Shown: piece after piece, positions 1-10,666 of the stretch
How positions within the stretch are numbered: position 1 is the first letter of the stretch
Layout of the letters: each line of letters begins with the position of its first letter
DNA from: Nitrospirales bacterium
Lineage (GTDB): Bacteria > Nitrospirota > Nitrospiria > Nitrospirales > UBA8639
NCBI GenBank assembly: GCA_965223295.1
Contig: CBDCWC010000003.1
Span: 320,001 to 384,000, forward strand
DNA: 64,000 nucleotides
Direction of reading: 5' to 3'
Made by a program: the position numbers and the translations under genes
Notes under the pieces: model-generated
Databases searched by the model: none
Told to the model about the DNA's origin: nothing
What the model saw: the letters and a program-made list of their open reading frames with translations, nothing else

Positions 1-70
1 TCAACTATCTCAAATTTTCATGAAATGAGGCTAGATGATACCTTTCCCTCGCATTCGCTAATCTGAACTG

Positions 71-1321
71 CTATTTGATTTCAGCCAGCATGGATTTGAC
101 ATGGGAATCTTTTAATTTATTGAGCGCCACGACTTCAATTTGACGAATACGTTCTCGCGTCACTGACATCGAACGCCCCACTTGTTCAAGAGTCCAAGGC
201 TCATCGACCCCAATACCGAATCTCAACCGGACGACTTGTTGTTCACGAGGATTTAACACCCGAAACACTTTTGTCAGCCATTGCGCATTCGATTTACGAA
301 TCACTTCCTCATCCGGAGCAGAACAGTCAAGATCAGGGATGAGATCACCAATTTCGGTTTCTCCATCAGCAGATGGCGCATCCAATGAAACTGGATCTTG
401 GAACGCTTCGATGGTTTCTTTTACCCGCTGACTGGTAATATCCAACACTTCACCAATTTCTTCGAAAGTTGGCTCTCGATCATATTGCTGAGATAACCGC
501 TGGGCCGTTTTGGCGATTTTGGTACAAGCTTCATTGGTATGAACCGGAACTCGAATGGTCCGGCTTTGATCGGCAACCGCGCGAGTAATCCCTTGCCGCA
601 CCCACCAGGTGGCATAAGTACTGAATTTGAATCCGCGTGTGTAATCAAACCGTTCGGCCGCCTTCATTAAGCCAATGTTGCCTTCCTGTACCAAGTCTAA
701 AAAATTTAGACCCCTCCCTAAGTAGCGTTTGGCAACATTCACGACCAGGCGGAGATTCCGTTGAACCAATTCGTCTTTAGGTTCCTCAATCTCCACTCGG
801 CAGGCTTGAATGGCACGCCAAAGATCAGCGGCCTGCTCACCGACCTTTTTCCCCATTTTTCCTTTCGCAGCCGCGAAAGACCCGAGTGTTAACATGGCTT
901 GAAGGATCTCTTCAATCACCGGCGCTGAATATCCTTTCAGATTTAGAAATTCTTGGAGTTGTTCCCGTAACTCCTCGGCTTCTTGTCGTCCTTGAAGTTT
1001 CTGCGTTAAATCCACACCTTGCTGGAGCAAGGCCCGAAGCTGACTGGTTCCTTCATAAAGTCGGATTCCTAATTGCCGCTCTTCATCCGCATGCAACAGG
1101 GGACGAGACCGAAATCCTCGAAAATACATGGACTCTAAATTCACGGAACCGGACTCAGCCGTTTTCCTAGCTTGTTCAGCCTGCCCCCATGTGGCTTTCG
1201 CCGATTTTGAAGAAGAGCTAGACCGTAACGTCACACGTTTCATTACGCGCCGCTTCTTTAAATACGGTGCATGATTTTTTTGTATGGTCTGAAGAGTCGG
1301 TAGAGCTTGCAATGTTGTCAT
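71..1321 (-). CDS. RpoD/RpoS-like (group 2-type) sigma-70 factor
   Basis: Regions 2 ([30 protein letters not shown]) and 4.2 ([10 protein letters not shown]) present; no acidic region 1.1. Start set at ATG 1321 (AAGGGG RBS); the track starts at 1390. Confidence 0.9.
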   Translation of the reverse strand: MTTLQALPTLQTIQKNHAPYLKKRRVMKRVTLRSSSSSKSAKATWGQAEQARKTAESGSVNLESMYFRGFRSRPLLHADEERQLGIRLYEGTSQLRALLQQGVDLTQKLQGRQEAEELREQLQEFLNLKGYSAPVIEEILQAMLTLGSFAAAKGKMGKKVGEQAADLWRAIQACRVEIEEPKDELVQRNLRLVVNVAKRYLGRGLNFLDLVQEGNIGLMKAAERFDYTRGFKFSTYATWWVRQGITRAVADQSRTIRVPVHTNEACTKIAKTAQRLSQQYDREPTFEEIGEVLDITSQRVKETIEAFQDPVSLDAPSADGETEIGDLIPDLDCSAPDEEVIRKSNAQWLTKVFRVLNPREQQVVRLRFGIGVDEPWTLEQVGRSMSVTRERIRQIEVVALNKLKDSHVKSMLAEIK

Positions 1322-1460
1322 GACAGTCCCCTTTCCAGAAATGGCGTTGATGACTTCATCATTTCGATGGTACGGGTATAGATGTACCACCTCGACATGA
1401 ACGGGGAATTAAGCCAACATTAGAACTTGCTAATAAAACTGGTGCGGAAAAAGAACTACC

Positions 1461-2873
1461 TCAGGCTGGATTGGGAGAGAGTGGCAGAAAAACCGTAAAA
1501 CAAGAACCGTGTTCGAGCGCACTTTGGAGTTCAATCTTTCCTTGGTGTACCTCAACAATCCATTTGCATATTGCGAGGCCCAAACCCGTCCCTTTTGCCG
1601 CATGGGCACGCGCGTCATCGGTGCGATAAAAACGATCAAAGACTCGGGCCTGATTTTCCGGAGCAATCCCAATACCATAGTCCTGAACTGTAATATTGGC
1701 TTGCCTTCCAACTACCTGTAAAGACAGCTCCACGGTCTGCCCCTCTTGAGAATATTTCACGGCATTATCGACTAAATTTAAGATTAATTCACGCAACCGC
1801 AAATCATCGCCGTGAATCACAACCGGTTCAACAACTTTCAGGACGGGTCGGACTTGACGTTCTTTTCCCAGGATTACTGCCTGTTGATGAATTTCGCGAA
1901 TAAGATCGTCTAACTGCACAGGGGCCATCTTTAATTTAATTTCCCCAAGATCGGCACGGGACAGAAATAACAACTCATCTACGATCCGGCTCATACGATC
2001 AATTTCTTCTAAATTACTTTCCAAGACTTCTCGATAATCCTCCGCTTGCCGGGGACGGCGTAAGGCCAACTCTGTTTCACCTTTGGTAATTGTGAGGGGC
2101 GTGCGCAACTCATGTGAGGCATCTGCACTAAATTGTCGAATTTGTTTAAATGACACTTCCAAGCGGCCAATCATGTCATTAAACGTAGAAGCGAGTTGTC
2201 CAATTTCATCATTGGAAGGCGGAGATTGAATTCGTTGGCTTAAATCACCAGCTGCGATACGTCGAGCTGCCTGGGTAATGGCATGAACAGGACGTAAGGC
2301 CCGACCAGCTAAAAACCATCCTCCCATTAACGACACAATTAGGGCGAGGGGAGAAGCAATATACAGGCCCGTTAAGAGTCGGTGTAACATTCGCTCAGTT
2401 GGTTGCAATGAGGTTCCGACACGCAAAATATTGACAAGTTGATCACCCTGACGAATTGGCACAGAAAGCAACCGGAGTGACACACCTTTTTGAAATTGAA
2501 CTGATTCAAATGTGGGTTCCCCTTCAAGCGAAGCTCGAAACGCGGATTGACTTAATGGGATTTCCCGACTTTGGATATTGGAAGATTGAATGGTCACTTG
2601 ACCTGCCGGACCAAAAATTTGAAAAAATTTATCCAACAAGGCAATTTCAGGAAAATCTTGAGATAAATCTTCGAAAATAAGGAATGGCCCAAAACGATGT
2701 TCGCCCAAAGTCCGAATGGCCACAGACGAGGCCTCCTCTAAGGAGGCATCCACTTGCTCTCGAAGCGCACGAGACATCACTAAATAGAGGGCCACCGCAA
2801 AGAGGAGCAAGATGAGCGCCAACGCCGTGCCATACCACAAGGTCAGTCGAACACGAATGGAGGTATTATTCAC
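1461..2873 (-). CDS. Sensor histidine kinase, CusS/heavy-metal sensor-like (2 TM, HAMP, HisKA, HATPase)
   Basis: ADASHELRTPL H-box, NLVDNAVKYS N-box, GTGLGLAI G2 box; overlaps the response regulator stop. Confidence 0.9.
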   Translation of the reverse strand: MNNTSIRVRLTLWYGTALALILLLFAVALYLVMSRALREQVDASLEEASSVAIRTLGEHRFGPFLIFEDLSQDFPEIALLDKFFQIFGPAGQVTIQSSNIQSREIPLSQSAFRASLEGEPTFESVQFQKGVSLRLLSVPIRQGDQLVNILRVGTSLQPTERMLHRLLTGLYIASPLALIVSLMGGWFLAGRALRPVHAITQAARRIAAGDLSQRIQSPPSNDEIGQLASTFNDMIGRLEVSFKQIRQFSADASHELRTPLTITKGETELALRRPRQAEDYREVLESNLEEIDRMSRIVDELLFLSRADLGEIKLKMAPVQLDDLIREIHQQAVILGKERQVRPVLKVVEPVVIHGDDLRLRELILNLVDNAVKYSQEGQTVELSLQVVGRQANITVQDYGIGIAPENQARVFDRFYRTDDARAHAAKGTGLGLAICKWIVEVHQGKIELQSALEHGSCFTVFLPLSPNPA

Positions 2874-3544
2874 TCATCCGACCTCATCATATATCCGCTC
2901 CCCCGAATCGTTTGGATTAAATTTCGTTCGCGTCCTTTATCAATTTTATTCCGCAGATAACTAATATAGACATCGATCACATTCGTAAAGGTATCAAAAT
3001 CTAAGTCCCAGACATGCTCCGCAATCATCGAGCGGGTCAACACCCGTCCAGCATTTCTCATCAAATACTCTAAGAGCGCATATTCCTTGGTCGTGAGTTC
3101 CAAGCGTTGACCATCACGAGTCACCTCTCGCGTCACAGGATTTAACACCACATCATCGACTTGCAAGACTCCCGTGGGAGCACCTCCCGCTCGTCGTAGT
3201 AAGGCTCGAGCCCTCGCCAATAGTTCTTCAATCGCAAAGGGTTTGGTGAGGTAATCATCCGCACCGGCATCCAGACCTTTGACGCGCTGATCCACTTCCG
3301 AGCGAGCGGTTAAGATGATCACTGGGGTTTTCACTCCAGCGACACGGGTACGCTTTAACACTTCAACCCCTGGCAGACCCGGCAACATTAAATCTAAAAT
3401 AATCAGATCGTAATTCACGGTTTGCGCCCAATCCGATCCACTCACCCCATCAGTACAGACATCGACAGCATAACTCTCTTCTTCTAAGGCACGCCGAATA
3501 AACGACGCCACTTTGGGTTCATCCTCTACAACTAAAATTCGCAT
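2870..3544 (-). CDS. OmpR/CusR-family response regulator
   Basis: MRILVVEDE, LDLMLPG, GADDYLTKPF, winged-helix end TNVIDVYISYLR..QTIRGSGY. Confidence 0.95.
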   Translation of the reverse strand: MRILVVEDEPKVASFIRRALEEESYAVDVCTDGVSGSDWAQTVNYDLIILDLMLPGLPGVEVLKRTRVAGVKTPVIILTARSEVDQRVKGLDAGADDYLTKPFAIEELLARARALLRRAGGAPTGVLQVDDVVLNPVTREVTRDGQRLELTTKEYALLEYLMRNAGRVLTRSMIAEHVWDLDFDTFTNVIDVYISYLRNKIDKGRERNLIQTIRGSGYMMRSDE

Positions 3545-3649
3545 ATGACTAAAATGGTATCATCTCAAGAAGAAGGGGAGAAGAGTAAATTCCTCAAACA
3601 AGAAATATGAGAGGTCGAGACAGAAACCAATAGGCAGCATTTCTAGCGC

Positions 3650-3686
3650 AAAAAAAGGCCTCGTCATGGATATGACGAGGCCTTTT
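3650..3686 (-). terminator. Intrinsic terminator downstream of rpoD (bidirectional-looking)
   Basis: Perfect stem AAAAGGCCTCGTCAT / ATGACGAGGCCTTTT with a 4-nt loop and A7 tract. Confidence 0.9.
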
Positions 3687-3710
3687 CGTATTGTTCAATT
3701 TTCTTGTAGA

Positions 3711-5534
3711 TCAAAGATGATCAACCAAACTCCGCAACTTATGACTGCAGCTTGGATGTCGGAGCTTTTTCAAAGCTTTGGCTTCGATCTGACGGATCCG
3801 CTCACGCGTCACGTCGAAGTCTTGACCAATCTCTTCTAACGTGTGATCCGTGCTATCTCCAATACCAAACCGCTTCCGAATAACGGTCTCCTCACGTGGA
3901 GTCAACACACCCAAGGCATTGGCTATTTGACGTTGCAGATCATATCGGTTCGCCGCATCCATGGGTGACACCGCATTTTTATCTTCAATTAAATCACCTA
4001 ATTGACTATCTTCTTTTTCCCCAATAGGTGTCTCCAGCGAAATGGTTCCCTTAGAAATGTCCAACATCATACGAACTTTTTCCGGGGTCAAGCCCATCCG
4101 CTCGGCAATTTCCTCAGGAGTCGGTTCACGTCCTAATTGCTGCACCAACTGACGAGCGGTTCGCGCAAGCTTGGTATTGGCCTCGATCATATGGACTGGA
4201 ATCCGAATCGTCCGAGCCTGATCGGCAATGGCACGGGTTACTCCCTGTCGAATCCACCAGGTGGCATAGGTACTAAATTTGTAACCCCGTTGATATTCAA
4301 ACTTATCCACTGCCCGCATTAAGCCAATATTACCTTCTTGAATGAGATCAATAAACTGTAGCCCTCGATTCGTATATTTTCGAGCAATACTCACAACTAA
4401 GCGTAGATTGGCTTCTATCAATTTAGCTTTGCCACGTTTTACCTTTTCTTCAGCGTTGCTTAAGATCGTCAGGGCTGCTTTGAATTCTTCCAAGGGCATG
4501 GCCAACACATCCTTTTGAAGGTCGGCGATCTTACCTTTGGCCGTCTGCACATCTTTTTTGAGTCGATCGATTGCTTCAGGAGTTAAATGAGTCTTCCGCC
4601 TTTGACTCGTCGTCTTTGCAGAATTCTTTGATTTCTTCCCAATAACCTGAATGCCATCTTGCCCGACAAAGCCTAATTTTTTGGTATTCCGGGTAATAAC
4701 CAACTCAGCAGAACGAATGTCTTGACCTAATTCTTTTATCCGCATCAACATCTTGTCTTTCACCCGTTGATGGAGATTTAACGATTCAACCTGATCAACA
4801 TATTGATCCGTCACAGCCGTCAACCGTTTATCAATTTGAGCTTTTTTTGTCTTTGGGGCTCCACCTTCACGATTTTGCATGTACCGGCTCAAGAGATTCC
4901 GCCCGAGCTTCCGAACCGAGGCCAAACCTTCAAGCGTACGAAGCCGCAGTTCTTCATCTTCCTGCTCACTATCCAGAGATTCCTCTTCCGCATCTTCATC
5001 ATCCAACGTCTCTTGGGACAACACAATATCCCTCACTCGAATTTCCTCTTGTTTTAATTGATCATACAGCGACTCGAGATAGTGAATGTTCAGAGGCATC
5101 CCATAGACCGCGCAGGCTAAATCCCGCTTACCTTCTTCGATATGCTTGGCCAGTTCAATTTCCCCATCACGGGTCAACAACGGTACCCGCCCCATCTCTT
5201 TTAGATACAAACGGACAGGATCATCGATTCGCGTTGGCTCTCCAGGCGTGAGATCAATGTCCAACGATGAATCAGTTTCTTCTTCAGATTCTTCACCTTC
5301 TTCCAGTCCCCCACCTTTCTTCAAGGTAGAGGCCTGCAGCACAGTCCGCTTTACAGGATCAATAACCTGGATGCTTGCTTCATTCAAGGCGCCCAAAATC
5401 ACATGCAATTGTTCAGACGTGATTTGATCGGCAGGCAGGACTTGCGTCAAATCCTTCACGGTGATGTGCCCTTTGGGCTGGCCAATCACAATTAACCGTT
5501 GAATCACCTCTGCCAATGTTGTCGTTTTTCCCAT
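3711..5534 (-). CDS. rpoD: RNA polymerase sigma factor RpoD
   Basis: Region 1.1, [12 protein letters not shown] (1.2), long non-conserved region, [30 protein letters not shown] 5534 follows an AAGGAG RBS. Confidence 0.93.
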   Translation of the reverse strand: MGKTTTLAEVIQRLIVIGQPKGHITVKDLTQVLPADQITSEQLHVILGALNEASIQVIDPVKRTVLQASTLKKGGGLEEGEESEEETDSSLDIDLTPGEPTRIDDPVRLYLKEMGRVPLLTRDGEIELAKHIEEGKRDLACAVYGMPLNIHYLESLYDQLKQEEIRVRDIVLSQETLDDEDAEEESLDSEQEDEELRLRTLEGLASVRKLGRNLLSRYMQNREGGAPKTKKAQIDKRLTAVTDQYVDQVESLNLHQRVKDKMLMRIKELGQDIRSAELVITRNTKKLGFVGQDGIQVIGKKSKNSAKTTSQRRKTHLTPEAIDRLKKDVQTAKGKIADLQKDVLAMPLEEFKAALTILSNAEEKVKRGKAKLIEANLRLVVSIARKYTNRGLQFIDLIQEGNIGLMRAVDKFEYQRGYKFSTYATWWIRQGVTRAIADQARTIRIPVHMIEANTKLARTARQLVQQLGREPTPEEIAERMGLTPEKVRMMLDISKGTISLETPIGEKEDSQLGDLIEDKNAVSPMDAANRYDLQRQIANALGVLTPREETVIRKRFGIGDSTDHTLEEIGQDFDVTRERIRQIEAKALKKLRHPSCSHKLRSLVDHL

Positions 5535-6122
5535 GCGTGGCTCCTTAAAAATTAGTACCGTCTTCAAATCCTAACACTTTTCCAAAGCTTCAGTGAGGCC
5601 GCATTTTGTATTGAGGATTTTCCTGACTCAAGAACTTGTTGTATGTCGTGATAAAAAGTTCTCAATACTTCTGAGCAAAGTAATAAACAGCTAAATTCCC
5701 AAAAAAAACACCACTTTTTTCGCGATTACAGCGAAATCAGAAAGAAGAACTATTGTTGAAGAATATTCAATAAATAGTCACAAGGCGCAACTTCATAGGA
5801 CTATACGAAAAAAAATTAGCAAAAGTAAATAGATCGAACATCATGCGTGAGAAAATCATCTTCAAAAAAACAAGAATTTATACTTAGCAATAAAACATTA
5901 TATACAAATAGATTGCACCGTCCTAGAAAATGATAACCTTTTAATTTCATTGAAGTAAAAAAGAAAAGCCTCTGCCTTTCACCAATCTTTCATCATGCTC
6001 ACCTCTCATTAAGGAATCATTAAGAATGCCATCCAAAATCCGAGAAGATGAGTAGAACAAAAGAGTTAGCACTTATTATTCAAAGAGCAGGATAAACAGG
6101 CACATGCAGGAAAGGTCAACTC

Positions 6123-7811
6123 ATGATTAAGCTCCTTTTGGTAGAAGATGATCATAACGAAGCCTTAATGATTACAAAAATGTTGCAAGAAGGCCTACAG
6201 AATCAGTTTACGCTCGAACAACGTTTTTCGGTCAGTGAAGCCTTAGAATTAGTACGGCGAGAGTCCTTTCAAGCCATTATCCTCGATCTTCATTTACCTG
6301 AAGGACAAAGCTTCGATTCCATTCCTCAATTTATCCAATACTGTCCTGGAGCACCCATTTTGATTTTGAGCGGTGTGGAAGATGAAGAACAAGCCATCAA
6401 TGCCGTAAAAAGCGGGGCACAAGACTATCTGATTAAAGGACAAACTAGCAGCTCGACACTCTGCCGAGCCATCCGTTACGCCATGGAACGCCATCGGGCC
6501 ACTCAGCGTATTACGCAATTGGCCCATTACGACCATCTCACCGGATTAGCCAATCGTGGTCTTTTTTATGAGCGCCTAAATTGTGCTGTGGCTCGATGCA
6601 ATCGTAACGATATGGCTATGGCACTCATGTTTTTAGATCTGGATCACTTCAAAGAAATTAATGACACCTTCGGACACGAATGTGGCGACTCGTTACTCAA
6701 AACCGTAGCCACCCGATTAAAAAAATGCATTCGAGAAATTGACACCGGTGTACGCTTAGGCGGAGATGAATTTGCCGTCTTACTCGAACAAATCATCTCC
6801 GTTGAAGACGTAGCATTGGTTGCCGAACGCATTCTTCAACTTTTAGCCCAGCCAATTATCGTCAACCATCATCAACTCCAAATTACCGGAAGCCTTGGTA
6901 TCACTATTTACCCCTGGGATAGTGCCAATCCACAAGAACTCCTATCCCATGCCGACGCCGCCATGTATAGAGCAAAAGCCCAGGGAGGGCATAATTATCA
7001 ATTTTATACGGCCGGGATGAAAACCGCCGGGTTGGATGGCTCAACACTCGAAGTTGAACTCAGTCGAGCCTTAGCCAAAAAAGAGTTCCTGCTCCATTAT
7101 CAACCACAAATGAATTTACGGACAAAAGAAGTCATCGGAATGGAAGCCCTCTTACGCTGGCATCATCCGTACCAAGGACTGATCGGCCCAAATCACTTCA
7201 TTCCTCAAGCCGAGGAAAACGGCATGATTATTCCCATTGGAGAATGGGTATTGCGAGCCGCAAGTAAACAAGCCAAGTATTGGGAAAAACAAGGCTTCCC
7301 CACTCCACACGTGGCGGTAAATTTATCAGCCAGGCAAATTCACCAAGGGGATTTACCGACCCTCATTCAAGATATCCTTCATGGCTCTCATTTAGAACCG
7401 GAACATCTCAAGTTAGAGCTCACAGAAACCTTCTTAATTCACGAAACAGAAGAAACACTCCATACGCTTCGCGAGCTGAGGGCCATGGGTGTCCATCTCT
7501 ATATCGATGATTTTGGGGCAGGCTATGCTTCGCTTCGCTATCTCAAATCGTTCCCTGTCGATGGGATCAAACTTGATCAAAGCCTCATTCAGCAGCTCCC
7601 CCATAACACCAATGATGCCGCCATTGTCGAAGCCCTTATTTCTTTAGGAAAAGCGTTAGGCCTCGAAGTCATTGCCGAAGGCGTGGAAACACAAGAACAG
7701 GTTGATTTTCTGGAAGAACATGGCTGCGATGCCATGCAGGGCTATTGGCTTGCTCCTCCCCTTCCCGCCCATGAAAGTGCACAGCATATGGTCCAGACCC
7801 TCGTTTCGTAA
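6123..7811 (+). CDS. REC-GGDEF-EAL diguanylate cyclase/phosphodiesterase
   Basis: Receiver domain (LLVEDD, ILDL), RxxD I-site (REID), intact GGDEF, EAL and DDFGAGY motifs. Confidence 0.95.
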   Translation: MIKLLLVEDDHNEALMITKMLQEGLQNQFTLEQRFSVSEALELVRRESFQAIILDLHLPEGQSFDSIPQFIQYCPGAPILILSGVEDEEQAINAVKSGAQDYLIKGQTSSSTLCRAIRYAMERHRATQRITQLAHYDHLTGLANRGLFYERLNCAVARCNRNDMAMALMFLDLDHFKEINDTFGHECGDSLLKTVATRLKKCIREIDTGVRLGGDEFAVLLEQIISVEDVALVAERILQLLAQPIIVNHHQLQITGSLGITIYPWDSANPQELLSHADAAMYRAKAQGGHNYQFYTAGMKTAGLDGSTLEVELSRALAKKEFLLHYQPQMNLRTKEVIGMEALLRWHHPYQGLIGPNHFIPQAEENGMIIPIGEWVLRAASKQAKYWEKQGFPTPHVAVNLSARQIHQGDLPTLIQDILHGSHLEPEHLKLELTETFLIHETEETLHTLRELRAMGVHLYIDDFGAGYASLRYLKSFPVDGIKLDQSLIQQLPHNTNDAAIVEALISLGKALGLEVIAEGVETQEQVDFLEEHGCDAMQGYWLAPPLPAHESAQHMVQTLVS

Positions 7812-8203
7812 AGAGACAAAACGTCTGCAAAGCCATTACTTGTCGACGGAATCTAGGGCTTAGGCTTCTTCCTTTTTCATTCTTCATTCCTACATTTTGC
7901 ATTTTTCTCCCTATCCCTTGTCTACTCAGTCATTGCTCTCTTCTACATTGGCCTTCTTCCTCAAAACAATGGTCCTCACTCCATGTAAATGATAAAACAC
8001 TCCATTGCAACAGATCTTTGCCCAGAGTATGATACCCTCCATTCAACACTTCCTCACATTCAAAAACATAACGTTCGTACAGACATGACCGCACAAGAAA
8101 AGAAAACCATACCAGAAGAATTTGCTCCTCAATAACGGCAACCCAACATAATGTGTACCGGGCCTCATCTCTTTGACGCCTCTTTCACTAGCTGGGTCTG
8201 AAC

Positions 8204-10141
8204 ATGCACCTTCACAGCTCACAATCTCCACTCGTCAATGTCCAGATTTTCATTGTTGATAGTGATCCCAATACCCGCTCCAGATATGCGCAGTGGATAC
8301 AACAGGCAGCTCCCAATCACATAGAGATTCAAGAAATACGGACAGGCGCCCAGGCCCTGGAAGCTTGCACCAACATTTCACCCCACTGCATTCTTCTCGA
8401 TTACCAACTGTCCGATATGACGGGATTAGATTGTTTCTCAAAGCTGAAGGATTTACACACACATGCTGATATCCCAATTATTTTCTTCAAAGGAGAAGCC
8501 GACGAACAGATTGCCATACAAGCCATTAAGCTTGGCGCCCAAGATTACTTCATCAAGAATACGCTCACGGAAGAATTCTTATGGCGGCATATACAACAAG
8601 CCCTCGATCAACTGACCACATTGCGTCGCATTCACACTCTCGAGCACCAATTCAGCACAATCCTAGAATCCTCCGGAGATGGCTTGATGGTCATCGACAC
8701 TCACGGACTCATCCGCTTTACTAACTCGGCGGCAACTCAAATCTTTCAACAACCAGAAGCAGACCTTTTGGGCTCACCATTTGAGTTTCCAGTGGTACCA
8801 GGAGAGGCTCAAGAAATTACGATCCGACATCAAGGCACACAGACGACCCCTGTTGAAATGAAAGTTGTACCAATTGAGTGGGAAAATGAACCAGCTTACC
8901 TAGCCTCCCTTCGCGATCTCACCGAACGTCGGAAAGCAGAAGAAGAACGACAACGCCATGAAACAGAACGGCAATATGCTCAAAAGCTGGAAAGCTTGGG
9001 AGTATTGGCAGGAGGCATTGCTCATGACTTCAACAATCTCCTCATGGCCATTGTGGCTCGGGCTGGTCTCGCCTTACGATTCCTTGCAGCCGACTCTCCA
9101 GTTCGTGAGCATATACACATCATAGAAAAATCCGGTCTCCGTGGTGGAGAGCTCGCCAACCAAATGCTCACATTTGCGGGAAAAGCGCAATTAGATATTC
9201 AGCCGATCAACTTGCAACAATTTCTGAAAGACAGCCAAGCATTTCTACGTTCAACAGTATCGAAGCGAATCACCATGAGGTTCAATGGCGACAGCAATCT
9301 CCCAACCATTCGAGGTGATCGTTCTCAACTCCGTCAATTACTGATGAACATCGTCATGAACGCCGCTGAAGCGATCGGAGAACAAGACGGGCACATTTAT
9401 CTCAGTACGAGTCGCATAGATACGTCGACACAAGATTTCCGGCCGTATCATGTTATGGGGGATTTACCCTGGGGACCCTGTGTCTCATTGAAAATACAGG
9501 ATACAGGAAGTGGAATCCCATCAAACGTCCTTCCTAAAATTTTCGATCCTTTTTTTTCCACCAAATTCCCTGGACGAGGACTTGGGTTAGCGGCACTGCT
9601 GGGAATTGCCCGTGGACACGGAGCGGCCATTGCCGTTCATAGTCAAGTTGGTCAGGGCACAGAATTTATCTTCCTCTTTCCTATCACAACGAAACCATCC
9701 GTGCAGGATACTCCTTCTTTCAGGTTGCCAAAGGAACCATCGGATGCCTCCACAGGCACGAAAGTGCTCGTGGTTGATGACGAAGAAGAGATCCGAACAG
9801 CCTGTTCGCTGATCCTCAAAGAAATTGGGTACGATGCCCTGGTTGCTCAGGATGGGAAAGCCGGCCTGCACATTTTTGAACAATATCAGGACCAGATTGC
9901 GCTCGTATTTCTTGACCTCACCATGCCTCATATCGATGGTGGCCAATTAGCAAAAACCATTCGTCAACGAGACCCAGATATCCCTATTCTCGTTTCTAGC
10001 GGATTTGCCGAGGAAGAAGCCATGAAGCATTTCATTCAATCTGGGATCTGTGCATTTATTCAAAAACCTTTTCAAGTCGAAGTCCTCATCAAGAAGATCC
10101 ATGCACTCATAGGAGTAGGAGTCGCTAATAGGCCGCAATAA
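8204..10141 (+). CDS. Cytoplasmic hybrid histidine kinase (REC-PAS-HisKA-HATPase-REC)
   Basis: GIAHDFNNLL H-box, DTGSG, FDPFFSTK, GRGLGL, C-terminal receiver; no TM segment. Confidence 0.93.
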   Translation: MHLHSSQSPLVNVQIFIVDSDPNTRSRYAQWIQQAAPNHIEIQEIRTGAQALEACTNISPHCILLDYQLSDMTGLDCFSKLKDLHTHADIPIIFFKGEADEQIAIQAIKLGAQDYFIKNTLTEEFLWRHIQQALDQLTTLRRIHTLEHQFSTILESSGDGLMVIDTHGLIRFTNSAATQIFQQPEADLLGSPFEFPVVPGEAQEITIRHQGTQTTPVEMKVVPIEWENEPAYLASLRDLTERRKAEEERQRHETERQYAQKLESLGVLAGGIAHDFNNLLMAIVARAGLALRFLAADSPVREHIHIIEKSGLRGGELANQMLTFAGKAQLDIQPINLQQFLKDSQAFLRSTVSKRITMRFNGDSNLPTIRGDRSQLRQLLMNIVMNAAEAIGEQDGHIYLSTSRIDTSTQDFRPYHVMGDLPWGPCVSLKIQDTGSGIPSNVLPKIFDPFFSTKFPGRGLGLAALLGIARGHGAAIAVHSQVGQGTEFIFLFPITTKPSVQDTPSFRLPKEPSDASTGTKVLVVDDEEEIRTACSLILKEIGYDALVAQDGKAGLHIFEQYQDQIALVFLDLTMPHIDGGQLAKTIRQRDPDIPILVSSGFAEEEAMKHFIQSGICAFIQKPFQVEVLIKKIHALIGVGVANRPQ

Positions 10142-10211
10142 CTGAGGGGCATTCGTTGATGCGACCGCTCAACTGCTTATAATTTCTTCTTCTCGGTTCG
10201 CTTCACTCCTT

Positions 10212-10640
10212 CTATTGATACCGATACCCACCACTCAAATGCCGCTCAAGTGTTGACGACAAACCTAGGTGATTGCGATAAAGCGTAGACTGGACAATTG
10301 CTTGGTTCTCAGGGTCCAACTCACCAGCCCGTTTGAAATGCTGTGCAGCTTCTTTGTGACGTTCTAATTGATGCAACGTCAGTGCCGTATTAAAATGAGC
10401 CTCCACCAAGATAGGATTGAGGCTCAATGCTGCTTGAAAAAATTGTAAGGCAGACTCCCATTTTTCGATATGATATTCATCAATGCCTTTCATATTGAGT
10501 GCCGAAGCCTCAGGCTCGATGACAGGCAGACTTGCCAGAGGAACGGTCTGCGGAAAACATCCTCCCAGTATCACCATCCCCACTATCATGACTACACCTG
10601 ACAACACATTCGGTATTTTTGATAGACTCCATCTAGTCAT
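10212..10640 (-). CDS. TPR-repeat lipoprotein
   Basis: Hydrophobic stretch ending ILGG-C; TPR pattern EAHFNTALTL..A..HFKRAGELDP. Start approximate. Confidence 0.75.
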   Translation of the reverse strand: MTRWSLSKIPNVLSGVVMIVGMVILGGCFPQTVPLASLPVIEPEASALNMKGIDEYHIEKWESALQFFQAALSLNPILVEAHFNTALTLHQLERHKEAAQHFKRAGELDPENQAIVQSTLYRNHLGLSSTLERHLSGGYRYQ

Positions 10641-10666
10641 ATGGCATCCTTCCATGACTTTTTACG

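Noticed and set aside
8085-8135. 16-aa ORF MTAQEKKTIPEEFAPQ upstream of the hybrid kinase
   Set aside because: No RBS or motif; expected by chance.
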